Source of the DNA: Piedraia hortae CBS 480.64 | Lineage: Eukaryota | Direction: 5' to 3' | Length of the DNA: 64,000 bases | Assembly: GCA_010093745.1 (NCBI GenBank) | Contig: MU005974.1 | Location: 124,001 to 188,000, forward strand | Shown: positions 42,273 to 58,305 of the stretch, piece after piece | Numbering within the stretch: the first letter of the stretch is position 1 | How the letters are laid out: every line of letters begins with the position of its first letter | Position numbers and translations under genes: made by a program | Notes under the pieces: generated by a model | Databases searched by the model: none | Seen by the model: the letters and a program-made list of their open reading frames with translations, nothing else | Told to the model about the DNA's origin: nothing

Positions 42273-44119
42273 ATTTCGTGCAGGCGGACGATGGCTCATG
42301 CCGACATTCAGACTGGTTTTGATGTATTATATTTTTCAGGCAAGTTCTCTTTCGAGTTAAAACGTATTTTGCACCAGTATTCAATGGTTCCCACTTGCTA
42401 ACCGGGCTATAAATTGAACATGCGAGGTGTGATACGGTAAACCATTCATTGCACAGTATACTGCCAGGTCGCCTCTGCACACGGCTCATTTTGGACAACC
42501 TTAAATTGAAGTCGAGGCTTCTCAGGGTTTTTATCTCTGTGGAGGAAATTCCCCTGAGACGGGTCACTGTAATGTCCATGCTAATGCAAGTTTCGCTGGC
42601 GTTGTCCTGGCAAATGCGACTGGACTGAGATAGAGTGGAGGAGGTTTCTTCGACCTCACTTCATTCATCCACTTGGTTAGAATCGAGTCCACACACACCT
42701 GTCATTAGTCTACGTTCCCGCATTAGGTGTCGGAGGCTCACCCCTCCAACACGAAGCAGTCTATGGAGTAAAGTATTCTAACATCGCGATATAGTTATGA
42801 AAATGTATATCTTAAGAATGAGGTCAAAGCTCGCTGTGAAACCTCAGACCTCCACAACGGCAAATCAGGCTATATGCTGTATCAACGTGACGACAACTAT
42901 ATAATAGACCCGCAATTTGGAAGATCCCGATAATACTCAGTTCTCCGTGGTGCACTTGATGCTCATGCTAAAGGTTGCGATTGCCTGGGCTTCGAGAACC
43001 GCCTTTCTAATGACCGTCAGCTGTTTATTGCGTACTTAACTGGCCATAAAGTGGTGTTAATGGGAAAATTTTGAACATAATCTGTAATTCTTAACCTCCG
43101 TTTTTTCTGACTCACAGTCAACCCATCCATTCCCACCCGCAATCCCAAAATACCATTCTTGTCGAAGCGGTGGAGTAAACCTAAGCCAAAACCAAAAACC
43201 TCAATCCACCCTTTCGAAAACTTTACCCAAAAAGAGTCTCGGCTAGAGCCGACATGGTCCGTGCACGGGTATTTAGGTTGCGTCCCCAAGTCCCCATTCT
43301 CTTAAAGATCCACGCAACGAAGACACACGGAGTTATGACGATTGACCACACCTCTAAGATGTTCCCAGGCGGCCAGTGATCACTACAATATGCGAAGAAC
43401 ATGCGGCCGCGTTCTGCTGAGGAGTTGGATGATAGCTTTTCAGGGCGTGGATTGATATCGTTATGGGGTCCTTTGCGATGCATGTAGAGGAGACATGCCA
43501 AGCAGCAGGCTGAATCCCGATAGAAGCCATGCAACCTGCCCTGCTTCGATAAGGGAGGTGCAAACCACCCTGGTTGTCCGCTTGATAGTTCGAGCCGGAA
43601 GGGAACTATCCATTCCCTCCGCGGGGAAAGTGGATAATGCATGCCCCGGGACTGACATCCCCGAGACTAACATCCCAGTCTTTCATCGAACGGAATTCGG
43701 AACACCACCCCAGCCTCGCTTTCAAGTTTACATTGCCATGACACATACAACCTAACCCTCATCGATCTCATCTAACCGGACTCTTTACAAGAGACCAAAC
43801 AGGACTTACGCCTCAACTGGCGGCACACGCCTACCGGATCCAAAACTCAAAGAGCAGAAGTCACGTGGACAATCTGTCCGGATTTGACCCCATACACGGA
43901 CCATTCCCTGCAGCACCACAAGCCACCCTACTGGACAGAAACCGCAGCCTCTACCTCAAAGCTTACAAGCTCTTGACTCCCTACAACTCCGAGTTGGCTC
44001 TCATCCATCGCACATAATACGGGCGTCCCCCACCTCGACTCCACAAAGCCTACAACCTCCCTCGGAAATCCACCCCAACCCCAAAGAAAAAAGGAACCAT
44101 AACACATCACCTACGAACG

Positions 44120-47840
<3,721 letters not shown>

Positions 47841-48406
47841 TCACGTAAACTTGTCTCCGTCCGCAATGCGGGCCGTCGCGTTGTGGTTTGACCCAAACCT
47901 GGTCGAAACCACAACACAGCACCACACCACGTTGATTTTTGATTGAACTGAACGATAAAGCAACCACACACTCCGTGCAAAGGGTTCGGACGATGTCGGG
48001 TGGAAGAACGAGGCGATTTGGCTCAGAGTGAGGTCACAAGAGGTGGTGCGACGGCCCGATCCGAGTACTAACCCTAGATGCACAATCCTAGTTGCGTTCG
48101 CTTAATGTGTGTCAGGACTCAGGGCCTACGTCATGCGGAAGGGCCCGGTCCGTCCACGGCCTCCGAGTCTAGTGGCCCCACTCTGCGCGGCACATGCTCA
48201 GGCGGCACTGACTTTTTCTCTTCTCTTCTTCATGCGTCGTTCTCGGTATACATGGGGTCTACGCAGTCCTCTCGTCCATAGCCCATCTGCTTTGAGCCTC
48301 TCACTCTTGTCTCTCATCGATCCCTCGGCTCCGACCTCTCGTCCTTAGCCTCGCGTCGTGACAATGTGACGTCATGATATGTGATGTGATAGATGCACGA
48401 TGGAAT

Positions 48407-49555
48407 TCATCTAGGCGTCCAATCTAATCTACCAACGTCTCCCAGCTTATTGCCCCGTCTGGGGGTTGCAATGCTGGCTGCAAGCATTCTTCCAGCCGGC
48501 GTCATGGAACCCATTCGCTCAGCTGGGGTCTTGCCTGCATTTAGTTGCTGCTGTTTGAGAATATTCTCTTGCTTCCTCTTAGCTGCCATTGTCTTTTCCA
48601 CTTGGCGGTGGTGCAGCTTCTCGCGTCTGCTACGCTCCTGAATTCTGAATGGACTCCCTGCCCTTAACTGTTCAAGCGTGGGTTCTTCATTGACATAGGC
48701 GAAGCCATTCACCCGCGGTATTTCGGAGCCAGAACATGTTGACTCTGACGGCTCCGTCCGCGCAATTGCTGCGTCTATTGCGCTCATGGTGGGGCTGGGC
48801 GGCCTAGCCTCTAAATCTGTCTGGTTTGGGAGACGAGTGGCTTCATACCGTATGCCTGCGGAGCTCTTTGGGGGGTTGGTTTCAATCCCATTTGGAAAGA
48901 ACATGAGGTTGTTACGTGGACCTTGTCGGTCGGGAAATGAATCGACGCATGCCGGGCGTTCGTCTAGATTCTCTGATGGTCGCGCTATAGACACTGCCGT
49001 TCGTTCTGCACCGTCTGCGTTTTTCACAAGTTGTCCCTCAGACGTCCCCTGTAGCTGCTCCTTTTCTCGCGCTTGCAAAGCCAACTGGCGAGACGAAGGA
49101 ATTTTGTTTCCGTTGTAGAAGAAAGCATAATTTGATGCTCGTTTCTCACTCTGTTTGTCCAGAATTGCGTTAAAGCTGTCGTTGTCTTCTGACGTATATT
49201 TTGCTTGGAACTCTCCTAGAGACATGTTGGTGTCTACTTTTGATGATTCAGAGCGCCGTCTCTTTCGGCGAGCAGATGACGGATCCGTGGCCTCTTGGAG
49301 TCTACGTCGGGCTTGGTTAATCCATTCTTCGTTTTGCGATTCCAGCGCCATTAGCAGCTCCTCTTGCGCCTCTGTTTCCAGGATTCCAGGGAAGAAATCG
49401 CGGGCCACAATGTGCATGACGGCGTCGGAATAACTATCTTCGTCCAGAACCTGGGCCGGACGTTTCTGCCTCTTCCATGGCGCTACTTGCATCTTTTGCT
49501 CTCCGTCCAGCCGCGCTACAACCTCTTTATTTGCTTCCATCTTGCTCAGAGCCAT
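48407..49555 (-). CDS. ESS2/DGCR14 splicing factor (nuclear protein Es2)
   Basis: VLDEDSYSDAVMHIVARDFFPG, SLGEFQAKYTSEDNDSF, NNLMFFP, PRVNGFAYV and SPFRIQE. Confidence 0.88.
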   Translation of the reverse strand: MALSKMEANKEVVARLDGEQKMQVAPWKRQKRPAQVLDEDSYSDAVMHIVARDFFPGILETEAQEELLMALESQNEEWINQARRRLQEATDPSSARRKRRRSESSKVDTNMSLGEFQAKYTSEDNDSFNAILDKQSEKRASNYAFFYNGNKIPSSRQLALQAREKEQLQGTSEGQLVKNADGAERTAVSIARPSENLDERPACVDSFPDRQGPRNNLMFFPNGIETNPPKSSAGIRYEATRLPNQTDLEARPPSPTMSAIDAAIARTEPSESTCSGSEIPRVNGFAYVNEEPTLEQLRAGSPFRIQERSRREKLHHRQVEKTMAAKRKQENILKQQQLNAGKTPAERMGSMTPAGRMLAASIATPRRGNKLGDVGRLDWTPR

Positions 49556-49738
49556 GTTGTCTAACGTGATGTAGCGTTGATGATGTCACAGCGGATAGAT
49601 CCAGCGGCCCGCCCCTTCCCGTCGGCTAACTTGCCCAGCCGCACAAACGCGTTCGCGACCGCGTTTGCTCCCACAAAAATTCTTCCGACCGTTGTCACTC
49701 TTCATTTTGCTCCCTACTAATACATCTCTCATACTGTC

Positions 49739-51275
49739 ATGGCCGACTCCGTTGTGGAAAATGCCAAGGCGAATGGTGGTACCAAAGCGTCGCGCAGGAA
49801 GAAGTCCAAGGCAGAAGGTTCGACGACAACTCCTCCGGAGGCTAAAGAGGACTCGTCGACGCCGACCAATACTGCTAACGGCGAACACTCGCACATCAAA
49901 GAAATCCAGTCCCGCATCCGCAACACCAACAAGCGGTTGATTCAGCTCCAAAAGGTGGAGGCCATCGTCGAAGCCCATCCCGGCCAGACCTTGGACGACC
50001 TCGTTTCTCAGCGCATTATTAATACCGATCAGAAAGCTTCGCTAGAGCGCAAGCCAGCCCTTTTGTCTCAACTGCAACAGTTGGAGGAACAGATCAAAGT
50101 CTTCCGTGCCCTCGAGGCCGAGTGGCAGAAAAAACTGGAGAAGCGTGAGCAGGAACTCAAGGCTGAGCATGAGGCCGAGCTGGCCAAAGAGCGCGAGCGT
50201 CTGCAGGCTGAAAGCACGGATGCGAAGGTGTCAGAACTCAAGGAGTCTCTCCTCGTCGTGTCTCAGTTCCTGCGCGCTGCCGCCGCCAAGCGCAGCAACG
50301 AAGACGAGGCCAACACGGATGAGCACAAGGCATTTGAGGGCGCGTTGCTGCTGGCGTATGGCGGCAACATGGATGCAGTCGAGGCGGCTGTAAGCATCAT
50401 CAACGGTACCGAAGACCAGGTGCCCAGCATAGACGGCGTTTTGCTTCCTGTCACCTGTAAGTCTGGGCATTCATAAAGTTTTCAATCATCTAACAGATGC
50501 AGTCGCGCAGCTGAAGAAAGCATCCATTGAGCATGCTCCTGCCGAGCGTATGGATGACATGGTTCCCGAAGGCTCTGACCCTACTGTAGCTAACGCCGGC
50601 CTAACCGAGCTTGACCAGCTCCGCCAGCCGACTAAGCAAACCGCACCTGAGACTGCTTCGACCGACGCTTCCGGCAACGCCTCAGCCGGACGCTGGGATG
50701 CCGGTGCCGGTGCCGAGCAGACGGCAGACCTTGGCTATCAAGTTGTCGAGCGTCCCAGCAACGAAGTAGAGCAAGATAAATCAGCAAACCCCACGTGGTC
50801 AGACGAGACTAATGCCGAACAGGCGTCTGCGAATCAGGCTGGCGAGCGCTGGGATGTCAAGATTGCTGGCGAGACAGCCGCCGATACCAATGGCTGGGCT
50901 GCTCCGAAAGCCACCAACTCCTGGGACAATGTTCCGGGTAATGATAACTCTGTAAACGCCTGGGGTGATAAACCTGAGGCTATGAAGACATGGGCCATGA
51001 CGCCGAAGGAAAATAATTTCACTCCTCCCAAGGATGATGGATTCCAGCAGGCGGGTGGACGTCACCACGGTCATCGTGGAGGACGGGGGCGTGGGGAGCA
51101 CCGTGGTCGTGGTGGTAGGGGACGGGGAAGGGGCGATCATCGTGGTGAGCATCATCATCACCGTGGGGAGCATCATCACCACCGTGGGGAGCATCATCAT
51201 CGCGGAGAGCATCATCATCGTGGGGACCACCGCGGTGAGCACCGTGGCCGTGGCCGTGGTCGTGCACCGACATAA
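49739..51275 (+). CDS. Caprin-like coiled-coil/RGG protein with His-rich tail; intron 50457-50502
   Basis: IKEIQSRIRNTNKRL...INTDQKASL coiled coil, LLVVSQFLRAAA...AFEGALLLAYGG, DPTVANAGLTEL and an RGG/His C-terminus. Confidence 0.75.
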
Positions 51276-51610
51276 TAAAACTAGCAGTCGTGATTAGCGT
51301 TGTCAAGTCGTCTGTAAATGTTATGTCGTCACAACTGAGCCTATCATTTTGACAGAGTTTTACTAGCCAACCCCTTCATTTGTGAGGTGTAGAAATCCAA
51401 TTTTAAAAATTCATCACACTTCTCTGCAAACTGTATACCCATCAGCTGAACAGATAAAGTTTCAAGTGATATGCCTAACTGTCATCATCCTCAATCATCT
51501 CAATCAACTTAAAAAATGGTAATCCGAATGCCATTCTGCTGTTATAAGAATGCACTAATACACATCGAACACTCCATACACCCACCATAACCCCCCATCC
51601 CCCTTTCCCT

Positions 51611-53567
51611 TCACGTTCTAACCCTCCTCCTCTCCCGATCACTCTCCTCCCCCTCCCCCTTCCTCTTTCCCCGTCCACTAACCTCCCTCAAACACGTCCA
51701 ATGCACGATCGGGTGGCTCGAAGGGGCACCCGCAGTGCCCATAAAAGCAGCATTCCCAAAAACCCAATCCCCCACCCCCTCGTCATACCGACTCCTCATC
51801 TCCTCCTGGCAAATCGCACATACATTGACACTAACCCCCGGGGGTGCCCTCACGTGTTTATCCTCTCCCTTGTTCGCCTTCGGGTGGGTGGGGTCTTTTC
51901 CATCTGTCTTAGCATATCCCCCTTTAGCATCACCCTGGGGGTATCCCTCCCCCCCATCCTTAGCTTTGGTAGTTGATATTTCGGCAACGGACGTCGTATG
52001 ATCAAAATCCAGATGCTTGATCCACTGCATTTCCGTTGGATGCCAATTTCGGTGATTGTGACGGGTTGTTGGGTCCGCGGTCGCTAGAGCCTGGTTCGCG
52101 CGGAAATGCCAATCTAGATGTCTTGCTTTTTCGGCCTTTCCTTCGGGGCTAGCGGTAAAGCGGCGTCCGCAGGCGGAACATTGGTTTGGCTGGGAGGTGT
52201 AGAGTTTTTGGAGGAGGTCGGGGCGGGGGGTGCGGAGGGAGATGCTTCGCGGATTCATGGGTTGAGAGGCGGTGGGAGGGATGCCTTGCGGAGGGAGTTG
52301 GGGCATTCCGCTTAAGGGAACACCCGGGGGACCGCTAGGAGGGATGCTTTGCATGCCAGTTTGTGATCCACTCCGCGGGAGGATTTTTTCTAACGAGGCC
52401 AGAATTTCGGCGGTTGAGCTCTGCTGAGGCTGGAGCTGGGAGAGGAGGGATCCGACGTTTGGGGTTGGAGTGGGGGTTGGTTGTGGAAGGACCCCGCTTT
52501 GTGTCAGTGCTGCTAGAAGACTTTTTGCATCGGGGGCGGGAGTTTGTTGGGGCACTGGTAAATGGATTGTGGCTGGTTTCTGGTTGAGGAGGTCTTGGAG
52601 GTTGGGGATGGGTTCCGGCTGGGTTGGTGGGAATAGGTACGGTGCGGAGGGCCAGGCGGAGACAGCCTGAGTTTTCTGGAGTAATGAAGCTGCGACTTTG
52701 GAGATCTCCGTGCGGACGTTTTGGAATGATGCAGGCGGGATATCACCCGCGTTGACTAGGCGTTGGAGTTGGAAGATATTTTCGTATTTCGAACGCAAGT
52801 CGGCGTCGTAGGGTGAGGTTGCTAGTTGAGCTTGTAGTGCTACGACTAGAGCGTCGACGTCTGAGCGTAGAGATTTGTAGTCGATTACCGGCTGTGGGGT
52901 GGACGAGATGACTGAAGACGGGCGAGGCGGGGGCGTGGAGACTGCGCCGTGGTAGGGAGTAAATGGTGTTGGAGTAGTATTGAAGGGCACCGGTGTCGTT
53001 GAATTGTAGGGCACTGGCGTAGAATGGTTGCTGTACAACGGTCCCTGTCTTTGATGCTGCACTGCCATTGTCTTGGCTTTGATCAGTGCATTCTCAATCG
53101 GTCGTACAACTTCCGGTTGAAAGACAGGCCGGTGGTCAACAGATCCAGGAACAGGCTCTTTCCACGTCTTGAGTAGATTATCCATAGCACGTCTGGTTGC
53201 GTTGTCGACCAAAGTATATGCTTCCATAAAGGTCGAATACAGGTTCCGACTGAGAAAGACAGTATACGGCGTCCCGACATTCTTAACAATGCTATCAAGC
53301 AAATACAACGCTGGCAACTTTCTGCTCGGAGTTACCTAAACCACTCAGTTGCTTCCTGTGGTCACGTGATCACAAACTTACCTTCTTGATGTGATTTTCG
53401 AGAATCCGCGAAAACGCGTGAGCATGCTCAGTATTCTCCCTTGCTATCGTTGTTAGATTCATAATCTCAAGCCTGTTGTTCTGCTGAAGGTCTTTGAGAG
53501 ACTCTTCAAAATCAGTTGCCACGTCTGACGCGGCAGACAGCGAACCGCGAGGAGACAGGGCGGCCAT
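51611..53567 (-). CDS. PCF11: mRNA 3'-end processing factor Pcf11; exons 53567-53382 and 53335-51611
   Basis: CID domain (IMNLTTIAREN, KLPALYLLDSIVKNVG) and zinc motifs QCSACGRRF...HLDWHF and CAICQE...HWTC. Confidence 0.93.
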
Positions 53568-54122
53568 GGCACACACACAACCTGCGATTACGGGGGTAGA
53601 TCTATCTGTAGCTCAAGGGGCTGGAAAAAGTAACACGTGGCCGCAAAAGGGCTCTAGAATGACTGCAAGTTCACGCAGCAATGTCCTAGCTCTTTCTGTT
53701 CTAGCTCCACCAAACCACCGTGATGGACTCCGTGCAGCCGTCTATGTGCGGGTGTCTGTGCAACCGCCTTGGAAGCGGTCCTAAAGAAAGGCTGTGAGAT
53801 CTGCGTTTGAAGATTGCGCGAGAGGTGAATATCGCGCCGGCTAGCCTTGGCTACGCGTCGACTGTACTGCCGAATTTCCTGGTCAAACTGAAGCGCGTGT
53901 TAGTATCTTTAAACGAATTTCCCTGCAGCGGTGGGAAGAGCTAGAAGAAGTGGTGTCAGTGTTCGCTTTTAGAGTGGGTGGATTTGTTGACTGGAGTGAA
54001 GTTGTTGGTGCCGGAATTTGATCCACGCTAACCCATTCTGACCACTATGATGACGTCATATGTAATCATCGGGCGCCTGGGATAAAGCGAGGCTGCCATC
54101 CTTTGAACAGCACTAAAGCAAC

Positions 54123-54471
54123 ATGAAATTCGCTCTAAATCTCTTTGTAATCGCTTTCTTGACGGCGCTGGCATTGGCTGCGGCACCCGAGCGCCAAGTC
54201 ATCGTGAGCTATCCAAATGACACGCCGGTTTCCGTACTCGAGCAGGCTAAAGCAGCAATCGTAAAAGCGGTATATTTACAGAAACGATTGGACCAATAGC
54301 TCATTACTTTAGGGAGGGATCATCGAACATGAATATAACATCATCAAAGGCTTTGCCGCTAAGGCACCTGCAAAAGCTCTAGAGACTGTTCACACCCTTG
54401 GTGCCAAATACAACGTTTTGATCGAGGATGATCAAGTGGTCCACACTAACGACGACGATGAAATTGTTTGA
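54123..54471 (+). CDS. Small secreted peptidase inhibitor I9 (subtilisin-propeptide-like); exons 54123-54269 and 54313-54471
   Basis: Absent from the ORF track. The spliced product MKFALNLFVIAFLTALALA-APERQVIVSYP...IVKAGGIIEHEYNIIKGFAAKAP...IEDDQVVHTN fits the I9 pattern. Confidence 0.85.
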
Positions 54472-54530
54472 GTTGGAATGTACGATCTAAGATGTTACAA
54501 TGAACGGGTATACCAATATGAACCTCTGTT

Positions 54531-55907
54531 TTACTCATCTTTAAACTTCCACCTGCCATTCCTCATCGCTTCCTGCCATCTCTCTTCTATCTTTTGTCTC
54601 TCTTGAACCAGGGCGTTGGCACGATCCTGTGCCTCTTCCTGGGTAGTAGGCATATCTGTCCTCCAGAAGCCAGGCGGTGATTTTCGCCTCTCAAACGCAT
54701 AGCGGTGCTTTCCATATGCGTTGGCCATCCATGTGGCACGAGCATGATTCACCATGTCTTTCCATTTATCTTCACTACACCCATCTCTGACCGTCCTCCA
54801 GTCTGGTCCAAGGTACGCTTCCATGACCTCTGCATCAGACTTGCCAGGAACTTGAGCACCGCCTAGCTCAACTGCTCTGAGGAACACTGCTCCACAACAA
54901 TCTGCCCTCATGCAGCCTTGTAGACAGCGACGTAGATTTCTCCCTCGGAAGGTGTCAGTAAAAGCGTAATTGGTTTGCTTGTAACTGGGGTTGATCTTAA
55001 AATCGTCGAGTTTCAGCCTTGAGAGGTGTCTTGAGCGGAGTGGTGTAACTTCCCGGAGATTGCGTTGTTTCTCTCGTTGTCTGGACCCATGTCTGGGCGT
55101 CGTTTCCTTTACAGAGCTCGGGGAGAAGAGTTTACGTGACACCGATTTGTTTGCATCTTTGAAATCCAATGCTTTCCTTGGACACTCTGTATCAGTCTGG
55201 CCGTCAAGTGATGAAGGAGCTCTTGAGGTCTTTGCTTCCTCAAGTTTGACGCGTTTGTGCGATGGGGAGGTGGATATGCAAACGTCAAAATTATTCTTCG
55301 GAGAGATTGGCTCTTGTTTGATCGGCTTCGGGACGTTTCTCCTGCGCTTGCGTGTGCGAACGGAAACCATGGTGGGCTCATCATCGCTTTGTGCAGCTAT
55401 AGCAGTTGGCGGAGATGAGGGAGGGGCATCGCATTGGGGATCAGTGGTCTGGCTTGAAGTCACCCGGATTTCAGGAGAAGCCGCGCGCAATACCAATGCT
55501 GGATGCTGCATTGGTTTGGGTGTGATGTCGGTCTGGGTTTGCTCTATCAGATGTGAATCTGACGCTACTTTGGCAGAGTCTTTGCTCTTCTTTGGCTCAT
55601 TGCTAGAGTCTGACGAACGCAACGCATCTGGCTGCACTCCAGCGCTTTGGATGCCCTTCATGAACATGCGATCGATATACATCTGCCACTCCTTGACTCT
55701 GACCTTTGCTTGACGGTATTTCGTCATGGCTGCGCGGATGCGATCGTCACAAGACGCGTGCTGCATTTTCACATTTCCATGGTATTTTATCAAGTCGTTG
55801 TATCGATCTACCAGATCATAGTACAGTTCTGGCGTGACGGCAGCGGCCTCGGGCTTCTCAATGGGAAGAAACACTTGGCGTTTGAGACATTTGTCAATGG
55901 TTTCCAT
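54531..55907 (-). CDS. Sae2/CtIP C-terminal domain protein
   Basis: LDDFKINP, RRCLQGCMRADCCG, YGKHR and SPPGFWRTDMPTTQE; N-terminal coiled coil. Confidence 0.82.
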   Translation of the reverse strand: METIDKCLKRQVFLPIEKPEAAAVTPELYYDLVDRYNDLIKYHGNVKMQHASCDDRIRAAMTKYRQAKVRVKEWQMYIDRMFMKGIQSAGVQPDALRSSDSSNEPKKSKDSAKVASDSHLIEQTQTDITPKPMQHPALVLRAASPEIRVTSSQTTDPQCDAPPSSPPTAIAAQSDDEPTMVSVRTRKRRRNVPKPIKQEPISPKNNFDVCISTSPSHKRVKLEEAKTSRAPSSLDGQTDTECPRKALDFKDANKSVSRKLFSPSSVKETTPRHGSRQREKQRNLREVTPLRSRHLSRLKLDDFKINPSYKQTNYAFTDTFRGRNLRRCLQGCMRADCCGAVFLRAVELGGAQVPGKSDAEVMEAYLGPDWRTVRDGCSEDKWKDMVNHARATWMANAYGKHRYAFERRKSPPGFWRTDMPTTQEEAQDRANALVQERQKIEERWQEAMRNGRWKFKDE

Positions 55908-56613
55908 ATTGGCTAGGCACTACGTTGGTTCAGCAGCCTGTTGGCATCATAGTCAAAGCGCTAGCAGTTGCGGCTGGCTGCCACATGTGTTGTGCGTCGT
56001 GACGCGACTGCGGCTGCATTCCGGGACGGCCCACCCCACTTCACAGATCTCAGGGTTCGGAATTTGACGGATTGCGAGATCACTGCACGTTCTGTCTCCT
56101 ATGATATTTGCCATGATAACGAGGAGGCTCTTTTCAAAAACACAGTGAAATATGGTCAAAGCAACATGTTCATCTAGCCGTTGATAGCGGATATGAACGA
56201 TAAAACGCAAACTTCACGATGGGAATTTGACTAAAATGGGCATCAGGTGCATGCATCACCCCCATTTATCTGGCTAGAGTTTGGACAGACGACGTTTGCG
56301 CGAAGCTCAGGTCTTCTTTTCACAATCGTCTTTTAAGTTCATAGTCAGGACATACGTAAACACCGCCATGCTAAAATCGACATTAAACCATTGATTAGCC
56401 TCAATTCGGTATTGATTTTGCCTTCACGTCATAACGCTAATGCCATGATGGCACGCTCATGGCCAGCGTTTACGTGCGGCTGTCTCCCGCCCTGGGATGA
56501 CGTAGGCCCGCATAAGATGTGGGGTCTGAAATCCGTACCGGCAAATTTGTCAAGCTTGGACCTTTTGCACTTCACGCAAAACTTCCTTTCCTCTTCATCA
56601 CACAACAATCATC

Positions 56614-57467
56614 ATGGATTACAACGGAGGTGGATCTCGCGCCTGCTACAGCTGTGAGTTCATCCATGCGACGAGGCCTTTATTGTGTTTAGGAAGACAC
56701 AGTCTTTTAACACGCTCGTCATTTGCTATGGTACATACTGACAGTATCAAACAGGTGGCGACACCAGCCATCAGGCTCGCGATTGCCCCACTGGTGGTGG
56801 CCGCGGCGGCGGCGGTGGAGGCAGTGGTGTATGCTTCCGTACGACAGTGTTCTTTGCGCTGTAGCTGACTTTTGCAAAGGACTGCTACAACTGCGGCCAA
56901 TCCGGACACATATCCCGCGATTGCACTGAGCCCCGCAAGGACAAGGTAAGCATTACCAAAGAAGACTATCGACGTGTACTAAAGCTGTCAGGCCTGCTAT
57001 AGCTGCGGCGAAACTGGCCATATGAGTCGTGACTGCCCTAACGGCCAGTCCCGTGGCGGATATGGTGGTGGTGGTGGCGGCGGCGGCTCCGGCCCCGAAT
57101 GTTACAAGTGCGGTCAGGTCGGACACATTGCTCGCAACTGCTCAGCTGGCGGCAACGGCTACGGCGGTGGTGGTGGTGGCTATGGTGGCGGCCGCGGCGG
57201 CGGATTCGGCGGTGGCTACGATAACGGCGGTGGCCAGACCTGCTACTCGTGCGGCGGCTACGGCCACATGAGCCGTGACTGCACTCAGGGCCAAAAGTGC
57301 TACAACTGTGGGTGAAGGCAGGTTAGCCTTCGTCGGACTCTCACTAACAGGGTATAGGTGGCGAGGTCGGGCATCTCTCTCGCGAATGCCCCTCTGGATC
57401 AAGTTCGGAACGTGTTTGCTACAAGTGCAAGCAGCCGGGTCACATCCAGTCCATGTGCCCCAACTAA
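56614..57467 (+). CDS. GIS2: CNBP/Gis2/Byr3 seven-zinc-knuckle RNA-binding protein; introns 56654-56754, 56829-56879, 56946-56991, 57308-57357
   Basis: Seven CxxC-x4-H-x4-C knuckles with Gly-rich linkers once four GT-AG introns are removed. Confidence 0.92.
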
Positions 57468-58305
57468 TTCAAAGACTGTATGGCGGCCAACAAGCATCCA
57501 GCCCCATAATGACGGCGTGGCCTTATTGCGTGAACAACTTTTGACTGGTAACCAGCCAAAGTTCTGTACGAGAAGGAGAGCCAGAGGTATGGTGTGGGTT
57601 TCAAATGGGAAAGGGTCGTTTCGAGTTTTACAATGTCAAACTTTGCAGTCATGTCGTTGTGGAGGGAGCTCGTCGTGGTGCGAGAGTGCTCAGTTGTTTT
57701 TGTTGTAGCGAAGGTTACGATTGTAACGAATGCCAACGGCTAGCAATTATGATCACTGTGTAGCAGCTTCATCGTTGGCTTGAGGTTCGTCCTCTTGCTT
57801 ATGTCAGGAGTCAGGTGACGTTGACGGACGACCGAACGTCCAACGTCCCGGATTCATCTGGCTTCACTGCGCCATGTTGCAAGCCCAAACACGAATGACT
57901 TCATTGGTCAGTGAGAATGGAAAAGCTTGGGTTGAGTCGTGCCTTCCTCAACAGAGTTAAAATAGGGAACAATGGAAAAATGGTCTCTCGGAAGCATTCC
58001 ACGGAGGCATATCATTCGACCTGTGACGACGCTATCGAGCAATTAAACAGTCCACATTACGCACTATCACAAGCAGGTGGCTATACTGATTGAAAGACTC
58101 GCAGCAGTTCGGTTTTTAACGGGTTGTTGACAGGCTGCCCAAAGGACTGCCGTAACAACAGCAGTTACAGACTGTCAATTTACATTGCACCACCACCCTC
58201 GTGACCACCCCGCCTGGTACCGCACAATCACAACACTGCACTACATTTTCCTACTGATACCTTTCTCAATAGCGTGACCGTGTGAACAGTATATCAATCA
58301 TCGGG

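Noticed and set aside
43285..43660. RNase MRP-like fragments (AATGGGGACTT on minus, GGGGAAAGT on plus) and a C/D-like ATGACGA...CTGA
   Set aside because: The motifs lie on different strands or do not form P4, and there is no rRNA-complementary guide.
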